The notes under the pieces were generated by a model. That model did not search any database. It saw only the letters and a list, made by a program, of their open reading frames with translations, and had not been told where the DNA came from. From Spizellomyces punctatus DAOM BR117 (Eukaryota), in NCBI GenBank assembly GCA_000182565.2, contig KQ257456.1: a stretch of DNA of 64,000 nucleotides. One strand, written 5' to 3'. The stretch's first letter is position 1. Every line of letters starts with the position of its first letter. Both the position numbers and the translations under genes were made by a program. This document shows, piece after piece, positions 53,987 through 64,000 of this stretch.

Positions 53987-56796
53987 CTAAGTTTCCTTTT
54001 GTCGGCCAAAGGTTTTGACACTCTCGGGCATGGGATTAGCACTCTTTCCGGCTTTGCCAGCGTCCACATTCACGCCCCTAAGCGCGTCAAGCTCATATTG
54101 TTCGCCGGCGGCCGCGGCATTTGAGACGACCTTCGCCGCCAACCGAGGAAGATCAACGTAATCTGACCCATACTTGACGATCAGCTTCAAGCATACAACC
54201 ATGATTCCAAACCACATAGTACTGAACGCCAGTTGGTAATAAAGGGAATCTAAAGTGTTCCATTAGTATGAGTCGATGGACGTCAACAATTTCTGCAGGC
54301 CTTACATGGTGTTCCCAAGAAGATAAACATAATCATGAATATGCTTCCAAATATCCCGAGCGGCAGCTGCCATTACACTCTGGTTCAATGATAACAAAGA
54401 GGTTCCTTTAACCTAGTCCGCTGACTCACCGCAAGGTAGCGCACAGGCTTAGATTGTTGAAGAAATGGTGAGGCCAATGTCGGATTGACTTGATAAACAC
54501 CTAAGAACAGATCAAAGGCATCCTGCAAAGTGCGGCGAATGGATCGTTAGATGACCAAAACATGCGTCAACATTGAGGCAGATTTACCTGTCGGGAGCCA
54601 TCCAGAAAGTTATTCTTGAAATACCGAATGGCGGAGTTACGGAAGTCTTGGATCGCACCCGCTCGCGTTCTCTTTCCACCTCTTGTGAAATCCGTCTTCA
54701 AGGCACCTGTACCGCTGTATTGCCGACTAACTTCATCCGCATTGTCTGCCCAGACTATAGCAGGGTTATAGACTCACGTTTGTATGCGAACAATTCATTG
54801 TCACTCACCATGCTTGAACATTTTCTCCAGTTCAACGGCATCCTCCACCTTTCCATTTGGAGGCAGGATCCCTAATTCAACAAGCTGGTTTCTCAGCGAA
54901 GCCCTCGCCAAAACACTTTGAACAACGTTGGTCCGGTCTAGGCAGTCCATGCAATTCGTGCGAACAACTGACGTTTGCTGTTGACGAACAGTGCCTTTGT
55001 CATCGATGTGGAAATAACTGGTCCAGGTAACTTCAGTGATGACCGGTGCCAGCAACCGACGATAAAAGAACAAATGCACCCACCCTTGTTGTTCCAGCTC
55101 CGGTCGAATATCATCCAGGAGCACTGATATACGATCCCAGCGCATGTTACGGCATTCGTGGTGAAAATCGAAGTGGACATATCTATTATTATTCGATAGT
55201 TTGATGAGACGCTCCATTGGCGATTAAAAAGTTAGTCCTAAAGAAATTACCTGATACGAGGTTCATTCAAGAGTCGGATGTGTTTCGCAAATTCATCACC
55301 CAAGCGATGCTCGTAACCTTTCTTATTTATCAAATTGACAACAATTTGATTCCCATAGAGAGCCAGCTGATCGGTGAAGTGTTTCTTGAACGATGCAGAC
55401 TACAAGGAAATAAACTGGTTCATTTTCGCGCATCTTTCAAGGAATCCATGCACTACGCATACTGTCCGTGGATTGGCATCGATTTCTAGTTTCGGTTGAT
55501 ATCTGATGTTGGCTGTCTGCTTCCAGTATAGCGGGATCGACCCACGTGTTTGGACATAGGCGGTCTTATGGCCCGAATCAGCAATCACAATTTGTTCAGT
55601 TTCGACGTTGTTTGAGACGTTGCCGTCGTCGTCGACACCTCGCGAGTGATAACGAGTGCCTGCACGGTGGTGATTACGGCGACTAACAAGAGCAAACGTG
55701 AACCTATGTCCATTAACGGCGGCCCGCTTGATTTCGATGACTGGGAGGTATATGCGAACCTAGGTCAAATTGTGCGCTATATTGATTTCTGATGCAATAC
55801 TTACATCCACACATGATCGGCAGGATAAAATTGCTTAGCTGTTAAGGTAACGTCATCAAGATATCGGGACGATCAGCAACACTAGAGCATTGGGGCCTAC
55901 ATCGTTGTCGGCTTTCGTAGAACTCAATTCCATCAACCGCCTGTGCATATACCGATTCCAGAAGAAACGCTCGTCTGCCTGCCAGTAAAGCCAATATCTA
56001 ATTGAACATCGGATGTCTCAATATTACAGAGACAGTCAAATATTTACCCTGCGCCAAAGCGGTTCGTTTTTGGGTGCCGTAATAGATTGCCGTTGGAGGG
56101 TGTTCGCGATTTCATATGTGTATGAGAAGTAGAAGAAGCCAGATTCAAGTAGGTTGTCTAGCATTACAACATAGTTCACATCGTCCTGAATCTGGGCGTA
56201 GGAAGAAAATCTTATTTATGGGCCGATAGATGTCATCCAATCCCGTAAGCGTAAACTGCCAACCTGTTGTTCAGTTAAATGCAATCTGCTTCTTTGCACA
56301 GGGATAATTTTGTGCCCGGTCAGTTTGTAGATGTCATGGCCCGATAGTTGGCCAATTCGCTCGCGATCGGTGATGACAACAATGTGATCCCCTTTTCATT
56401 TATCATGAGAACGGCGGAAGCGAGATGTATGTGCAAATGACACCTACCTGCGTTCAGTTTGATGATACCAATCAGGCCATGAATCTGTACCACCTCTTCC
56501 TGCCTCAGCGTTGGTGCCGGAGGTGCTGCAGACGACAACTCCGAGTAAGTTATGGAAAAATGAGGCTCGATTTCCTAATTTTTCATACCATTCAGCTGCA
56601 GCGAGCCATCCTGTCTGTTTATCACTAGAGTTTCTCTTCGGACAGAAGGATCGAGGTACACTGGCTCGAAAGTGAAAGTCTCGCTAGACATATACCTGGT
56701 TTACACAATTGGTAAGGAATGCCGTAATGTTAGTTCAACCCGCCTTCGAAGTCGGCGTTGATACATTACGCACAGGTTCAACGACTCATAAACCAT
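53987..56796 (-). CDS. SAC1: Phosphoinositide phosphatase Sac1
   Basis: [62 protein letters not shown], two C-terminal TM helices. Confidence 0.96.
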
Positions 56797-57283
56797 TTTG
56801 GCTGATATTTGGGAGGTTGAAAGCGGGTAGCGGGGAGGAAGTGGAATGAAGCTGGCAGGAGGAGGTGAATATTGCTTGGGCGTCAGGTGGGCCGGGCTGG
56901 ACCTTCGAATGTGGTCAACTAAATGCTGTCTTGCCAATCGCCCAAAGTCCCGGCCGGCGGTTGGAAGCGACCGTGAGCCCAACGTTGTGACGTAGCGGAA
57001 AAAAAAAAGCGACAGTGCACGTTTTTGTCAGGTATGTACTCGGAGCCCGCACTTGGAGAGATAACTCGCAACTCTCAACGCGTCCCTTACCTACGTCAGC
57101 GGCCTAGCTTTCTGGCAAAAGGTTGACTGTGATCTCCTATCAGAAGGTTATTTTCGGCGCTGAAGGCAACCAACACCTTCAAGTATGATGTATGACGGCT
57201 GCCCGCGATTATTACGATGCGGAAGGGCTGGACGTTTCAACAACTTTCTATTTAGACTCTAGCTCAACCAGTGAGCGCACTCC

Positions 57284-58207
57284 ATGTCACGACAACCATC
57301 TTCCGGTCTTGGGTCCCTGCCAGACGAAATTTACGAGCAAATAGGTCTCTACCTCACGCTATATGATATCTTCAACCTGACACTATGTACACGTCGACTT
57401 CGCGCGGCTCTAAAGGCACCAGCGTTTGGCCGAGAGTTTCTGGCAAGGGATGCGGAGAATTTGCGGGTCGAAGTTGTGCAGCCGTTGCCTATTACAGGGT
57501 TGGATTGCTTGCAATTTGGTATATTAGATGAGCCTAGCGGCGACTTGGTCAATGGAGAAGGAAGCAAGCGTTACCCTAATCGAAGCAAACCAACAACTTC
57601 ACCCCTCCGCCAGATCACACATTTCGTCCATCATCGCACACCGACTACATCCGACCTTCATACTGTTACAGTTCGATCATCGGGAGCGGTCACAGTGGGA
57701 CATCGACCGATCGTTCCCGGGCCTGTGACATGTTCTCTCTCCCCAAACCTCACTTCTGCCACTGATGGTTCCAGTGATATTGTAGTTAACGTCACCTCCA
57801 GTCACCGCGCAACATGCCAGCTCTGCAATGCCGTTCCGATACGAAAGATCTGTTATTGGATTGACAAGCGTTACAGAGTATTTTTCCAAACTTGGGCCGA
57901 CGCCTTTGAGTTCACAGAGTCTCATCAGCCAATAGTGCGAATGACTTTAGTGCATCAGGAAGAGAGGGAGGGCATCTGGGATGGTGCAAGCATGTCGCCG
58001 AATTCGCGCAATGATTGGTATTCTCAATTTGTGCCGCAAATAGCGGTCTATCGCTACGGGCTTCTTCAGAGTCAGGATAGGGGCCTGCGCTTGGAGCACT
58101 TCTTTGGACTGACTGACGATGTTGACCAATGTGATGATCGCGAACCTCAAGGGCAAGCCCTTGAGCAAGTGCAGGCAGACATAAAGTTATGGAATCCTTG
58201 GGCGTAG
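57284..58207 (+). CDS. F-box protein with an unrecognised C-terminal domain; intronless
   Basis: N-terminal LGSLPDEIYEQIGLYLTLYDIFNLTLCTRRL fits the F-box consensus. Confidence 0.75.
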   Translation: MSRQPSSGLGSLPDEIYEQIGLYLTLYDIFNLTLCTRRLRAALKAPAFGREFLARDAENLRVEVVQPLPITGLDCLQFGILDEPSGDLVNGEGSKRYPNRSKPTTSPLRQITHFVHHRTPTTSDLHTVTVRSSGAVTVGHRPIVPGPVTCSLSPNLTSATDGSSDIVVNVTSSHRATCQLCNAVPIRKICYWIDKRYRVFFQTWADAFEFTESHQPIVRMTLVHQEEREGIWDGASMSPNSRNDWYSQFVPQIAVYRYGLLQSQDRGLRLEHFFGLTDDVDQCDDREPQGQALEQVQADIKLWNPWA

Positions 58208-58362
58208 CTGTTGCGATTGAACCAATTACGTATGCTAAATGCTTGTATAATATTATTGTTGAAATGAGATGCACATGCATGATGTCACAGCATCGACGTC
58301 TATAGTTACAGTACGCTAAGTTTCCACCTACACTCTACTACCCACAAACTTGATAAGCTCGT

Positions 58363-60490
58363 TTACCACCATCCATTTACGGTATGCAACATTATCTTTC
58401 CTGCTGTAATCTGTATACTTCCCTTTTCCACCGAGTAGAACCAAGTCTTTTCGACCTTTGGCAATATTTTTCCTTTTGCTTTGCTTTCTTTGGTAGCCCA
58501 GTCTAAAAACCGCACAATCATGGTTTCACCAACTCCCCGACCAGTAATTCCTTCAATCCCAACCCCATCCGATGGCACGTCATATTCCACCATAGCGGCC
58601 GAGGTAACGTTCGTCTCCGCATTCGTTTGCAGTGTTTGAATGTAAGCACGGTCGCCTCGTTTGGAAGACTCTTTGTCATCGTCCAGGCATAAATTGTACT
58701 CGTTGGGAATCCAGTCAGCACACTTTCGCCCGGAAGCGATAACACCGGGTCGAGTCATGCGTGGTGCAGAGGAGAAAATTTGTCGGGCGGTACGGTATGA
58801 TGAAGATTTCTGCTTAGAATTCAATGCAGCTTCAGCAATCTGCTTCGCTTCCTTCTTCTTCTGCTCCTGCATGAAAGTTCGAACCCAGCCCCTACAGACT
58901 TCTACATTGTTCTCACCAACACAATAATTCGCCCGACCATCGTGCAATATCAGCAGCCGGGTGTCCGTCCACGAAGGTAATTGCCATGGTGCCAACACAG
59001 TACGAATTCCTGGAGCAGTCAACGCACCGTGAGAATAGCATCCCTCAGTGAGACTCAACCAATCCCCAGGGTTCTCAAACGTGCTGATCAGAGCAGGTAA
59101 TGTCGCCAGGTTAGAGCACCTTTTCCACAGGTCCGTCACCAAGGCCTCTGCTCGACGATAGCTGTGGACCGCAAAGGAACTTCGCAAGTATAGACGCCAC
59201 TCATCCCCTTCGTGTGCCGTTACAAGATCCGCGTCCATGATCGCGGTATTGTTCATCCATCTTGAGAGATCACCAACTGCCGTGCCGACGTCTATCCATC
59301 CCCAAGACTCACAGCGATCCGATGAAACCCAATCTTGAAACATTCGTCCCCAAAGACCCCGCAACTGATCCAGTGCTCGTCCACCGCGTCCCTCAAATTG
59401 AGCAAGACGGCGCTCCAAAAGGACACAATCCTCATCGGTCCCATCCCAACCCATAGCGGGATCGACAGGGGATCCTCGTCCAAACATTTTACACAATCTA
59501 TCGGCAGCAAATCCGGCAAATCCGCGATACGCATAGCTCGGATCCACATGGGCAATGTCGATGACCTTGACATTTGGTCGTTGCAAGTTCAAAGGAAAAG
59601 ATTGCTTCGTTACGTTGTGCACAAACAGATGAAGATCCGCAAAAGGTTGATTTTTTGCGACACTGTCAGCGAGGACTGTTGCATACTCTGGGAAATCGTC
59701 ACGTTGTCCTTCATACGCTGCGACGAGGCAAAGTGGGGTCTTTTTAGGTTCCAGGAGGGAGATGTCAGAAGGCGCAATAGCAAAAGTAGGGTCCAATAGA
59801 AATTCGCGGATGCGCTCCGCTGCTGCCATTTGCACCGATGCATTGTAATGGAGCATGTGAGTTTGCCAGTAACGATCAATGAGGTCATCCATATCGGTCG
59901 CCGCAGATATAAACAACATGGCCTAGTAAAAACCGACGAGTGCCATGAGGAAGGTTGCTCCAAGTAAGTAATCATCCGGCCTGTACACCCACCTTTGCAT
60001 CAATCGCGGCAGCATAAGCCTCACGCGCGGCCGCATCGGCCAGCTCTGCCTTGTGTGCCCATTCATATACCCGATCCAAAGCCCGTCCAGTAATGCCCTT
60101 GGGCAAGCGTCCCCCCAAAAACGCAATGAATGGTCCAGCAGCATCCACGTCGTCGTTAGGGTCAAGTATAGAGCTTTTCGCCGATACAGAACCTGCTTTC
60201 ACATCAGCAACGACTTTGGCCTCCAACTTGTCCATTTCCGCTTTGGCTTTCTTCTCGGCATCGATATTAACTTTTGGTATGCGCTCGGTGTTCTCATGTA
60301 TTATTGGATTGCTCACAGGTTCATTTGTAACATCTCGTGTAGGCGGATTTGATAACGGCGGAACACCAGTCGAAGAGTCCGAACTCAAAAGTATGTACAA
60401 CAGCGGGACCAAAGCTAACACAAGTATCAATATTACTTTTGTTCGGGTCCGCAGACCCATTGACAGGCCGGAAACAAGAACGGGAGTCAT
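58363..60490 (-). CDS. Type II membrane protein with a DUF6625-like (putative glycosyltransferase-like) domain, 2 exons
   Basis: Signal anchor VILILVLALVPLLYILL, stem region, intron 59923-59992, motifs DQLRGLWGRMFQDW and SWGWIDVGTAVGDLSRW. Confidence 0.65.
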
Positions 60491-60931
60491 GGGTCGGAAA
60501 AGACGAGCGAGGGCGGTGGTGCGTGGTCCAGGAGGTTCAATAAAGTGTGTAATAGGGACCAGGTCAAACAGCATCACACAACTGCCGCCAATTGCCGTAA
60601 GCGACGTCTTAACGAGAAATGCAAATTTGTTGGCAGGGATGCGATTCCAATACGATGCAATCGGGGCAGGTAGAAACCCACAGCGTTGTTATGGCTAGTC
60701 CCCTCTCCCCCGAACGTGAGATCTCGCCAGTTGATCTGTTACCATGTAAAGTAACAAATGGCGGTCAGCCGCGAGCGGGCCGTTGTGTAGCGGCTCGCTT
60801 AGCTGATAAAAAATAAGAGTCTTGTCTGCGCGTTTTCACGTGATTAGCGGGGGGAGATTTGGGAGCTTTCACACGACGAATGTTTTTGTTATTTTGTAGC
60901 ATTCTATTGAATGAAGGGTTTTATACTAGGT

Positions 60932-62179
60932 TCAATTATCTGTCGAGTGGAGGAAATCTGCTAATTCAGCCAACTCTCCGGATTCCCAATTGTCTTGTTC
61001 TGTAGCATTCTCTATATAAGTGGCTGCAACTTTCAAGATTTCCTCGAGTTTCTGCTGATCCTTGGTCCACCCCGCAAACTCGGCCCACGCAACAATATGT
61101 GATCCAAACTGGACAGACACTTGCCGCATGAATGTTCTCCTTAGGCCCTCCGGTTTCCCTTTCAAAAATCCTGTTACATATGCGCGGTGAAAGGCTGTCA
61201 ACATGGATCGTGCAACAGGATTTCTGAAATGCGACAACAGGTAGGCTTCAGCGCTAAACTGTCCGACATCCATTGCCCTCAGGCCGTACCGACAGACTTC
61301 CCAGTCCACGATCCATAGCTTTCCAAGATATCGACCAGTAGCATCACTCTCTACGATGATGTTACCAGGCCAGAAATCACCCATTATCAAAGTTTCTCTG
61401 CTTTCCATCAACTCGGCGCCAAAAGCCTTTGCACTCTCAGTAGCCGCTTGAAGGGTGTCAGCGGAAAGGCTATTGACACCAGCCAAGATAGTCCCAACTC
61501 TGTCGTGAACGGCCGCCTGAATGATCATCCTCGCTTGCTCATTCTCAAAAGGCTCCATCAACTTGGCCTTGCTTTCCGTGTCGGCCGCTTTGCTGTGAAA
61601 ATCAACGAGGAAGGTCCCCAAGGCGCGTCCCATTGCAACCGCCTCATCATCAGACGGCTTATGCGTGGAGAAGAAAGTCTTGAGATCGAGATGTACTCCT
61701 ATATCTTGAACCAACAAGACGGGTGTTGCAGGATCATAATGGAAGATCTTTGGGACATGTATCGGGCCATCTTCGGGCAGATACGGCAACAGCGGAGAGC
61801 GGTTTGCAAAGAGGGTGTATATCTCATATTCATATTTCTGCAAAATGTTAAATCAAGATGGTGAGGTTCTGAATATTTAGCCGTAAAGACCGCCACAACG
61901 ATTGTTGCGAATGCGGACGGCACAAGAGCATACCATTCGAATGGTCCCAAGTAGAACATCCCTGTCGTCTGCAAGAAATGGCTCCGCATGCTTGACTATA
62001 GCAGTGTTCTTCCCGTCTTCCATTGTCCCCGCAAACTTGACGCGCCAGACAAAGTTCGCATGGCCTCCCGAAAGCCTTGTCACCTCGACTGCACGAGGAA
62101 AATCAGCCGGAAGGGTAGTGACAAGATAACTGAGGATGCCAGCGTCGGTCGTAAGGTCGAGGTCAGCCGTATTTCTCAT
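60932..62179 (-). CDS. APH/methylthioribose-kinase-fold phosphotransferase, PsiK-like, 2 exons
   Basis: DLTTDAGILSYL, LSGGHANFVWRV, VKHAEP, GDFWPGNI, VDWEVCRYG, HIVAWAEFAGW. Confidence 0.85.
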
Positions 62180-62461
62180 GCCTGTCCTCAATGAATCTAT
62201 GCACAGTCAGTGTTCGGAATATGCAAGATGCCCTCACCCCATGTCGACAGGATGGAAGTCGTTGGGCTTGAGTGACCTCCCCTTCTTGAGCAATTCATCG
62301 GCTATAACCTGGTTAATTGTGGAGACGGTGGACACCTTAGTCACGTGTGCGCGGCTGTTGTGGTTATTACGGATCATGGGATTGTTTTCCCTCCCATGTT
62401 TCCTACTTTTCAAGATCCCATTTGCACCCCACTTCCTCTGTCATTTGCACGGTAATTCACA

Positions 62462-64000
62462 ATGCGCAGAGTCTCGGTTAATGCCGCATTGCGGACTCTT
62501 CCTCGAAGCGCCTACGCGCACCAGCATTTTAGACGGTACGCTACTCCCGCTAGTCCGCCTCCAGCGGAGGGTTTCATGCCCGGCGTTGCAACATCCAAAT
62601 TCGTAAAGCACACCAAAGAGCAGGCTCTCGCAAACCCCGAGCTTTCGTCGCTAAAGAACTGTAAGATAGCTCGCATCACCTCCTCTCTCGTTGCTCCTAG
62701 TTAACGTTTCTAAATATTCCAGCTGAAACCAAGAAACTCAACCTTTTCCAATCGGTGAACGAAGCAATGGACTTGGCGCTGGCGTCGGATGAATCTGCTG
62801 GTATGAATATACTTTGACCTATGAAGCTACGGAGGCTTAAACATCCGTTTTCGAAAAGTTGTCTTTGGTGAAGATGTCGCGTTCGGCGGAGTGTTCCGTT
62901 GCACAATGGGATTACAAGAGAAGTACGGTAAGTGGTTGAAGTTAGAATCCAAGCCATCGAGTGAATGCACCTCTAATGGGTGCTTGCTGTGTAGGCAAGG
63001 ATCGTGTATTCAACACTCCATTAACGGAACAGGGATTGGTTGGTTTTGGGATTGGAATGGCGGCCGCGGGCGCCACTGCTATAGCCGAGGTTCAGTTTGC
63101 CGACTACGTTTTTCCGGCCTTTGATCAGGTTAGATTTGTCTGAATGTAGTCAATCTGAGTGGTGTTGCTTACTCCTGGTTGCAGATTGTAAATGAGGCCG
63201 CAAAATACCGGTACCGTTCCGGGAACCAGTTTGACTGTGGTGGATTGACGATTCGAATGCCGTGCATGGCTGTTGGACATGGCGGTCATTATCACTCTCA
63301 AAGCCCCGAGGCCTACTTTGCCCACACCCCCGGACTGAAGGTGCGGACGGGGAAATGATATATATGTTTACCTGGCGAAGGGCTAATCTAGTCCGCATAG
63401 GTTGTCATTCCACGTTCACCCATCCAAGCAAAAGGCCTATTGCTCGCCGCCATCCGTGATCCGAATCCAGTCCTCTTCATGGAACCCAAGATCTTGTACC
63501 GTGCATCAGGTGAGACCACCGTACAATCATGAGAGCATTGATGACCCGGAACCACGTCAATGATACCTCACCTTTAGTGGAACAGGTGCCCGTAGATGAT
63601 TACACGTTACCCATCGGAAAAGCTGAGGTCATGAAGCAAGGTAAGATTGGATAGTTAAAGCCGTCCGTGTCAAGGCTAACTCGTTATCCTAATTTTGCAG
63701 GCAAGGATGTGACCGTTGTGGGCTGGGGCTCTCAGATATACGTACTCGAAACAGCAATTGCGATGATTGAAAAGGAGATACCCGGCCTGCAAGTCGAACT
63801 TATCGACTTGCGATCTATCTTGCCGTGGGATGTCGAAACGATTGAAAAGGTAAGGTCACGGCACCTGAACTCCTCTTGCCATCTCGTGCTCATTATCAAT
63901 GATCGTTAGTCCGTAAACAAAACTGGACGTCTTGTCATTGCACATGAAGCACCAGTCACGGGCGGTTTCGGTGCGGAAATGGCAGCCGCCATTCAGGAAC
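62462..64000 (+). CDS. BCKDHB: Branched-chain 2-oxo acid dehydrogenase E1 beta subunit (3' end beyond the window)
   Basis: [75 protein letters not shown]. Confidence 0.96.

Noticed and set aside
59920..59995. Apparent frameshift or stop between ORFs 59972-60577 and 58363-59919
   Set aside because: Explained by a canonical 70-nt GT-AG intron at 59923-59992.

Overview
Gene-dense, intron-rich eukaryotic DNA (short introns, mostly ~50-100 nt, GT-AG). Fungal-type genes together with the flagellar gene IFT57 point to a zoosporic (chytrid-type) fungus; Spizellomycetales is my guess and is unconfirmed. I reconstructed 37 protein-coding genes by manual splicing. Most are conserved housekeeping genes: SSF1, TFIIIC tau55-like and tau95, TBCB, ELC1, ZWF1, AIM24, PBS2, RRP3, ATP15, GCV1, MAF1, TIM50, VPS25, ERG27, MAK11, a YOX1-like homeobox, IFT57, PIS1, GWT1, PTS, ATG6, MCM7, MAD2, SAC1 and BCKDHB. 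Less ordinary genes: an intronless secreted His-brace (LPMO-like) protein with a CBM19-like tail, a bacterial-type GalE with four introns, a PsiK-like small-molecule kinase, a DUF6625-like type II membrane protein, two orphan 7TM proteins, a degenerate multi-KH protein, a repeat protein head-to-head with IFT57, and a small IEC3/INO80E-like gene missing from the ORF track. Many divergent promoters carry a CACGTG E-box or a TGASTCA site. I saw no tRNA, rRNA, transposon or CRISPR. Family calls come from remembered motifs, not database searches, and exon boundaries are manual predictions.
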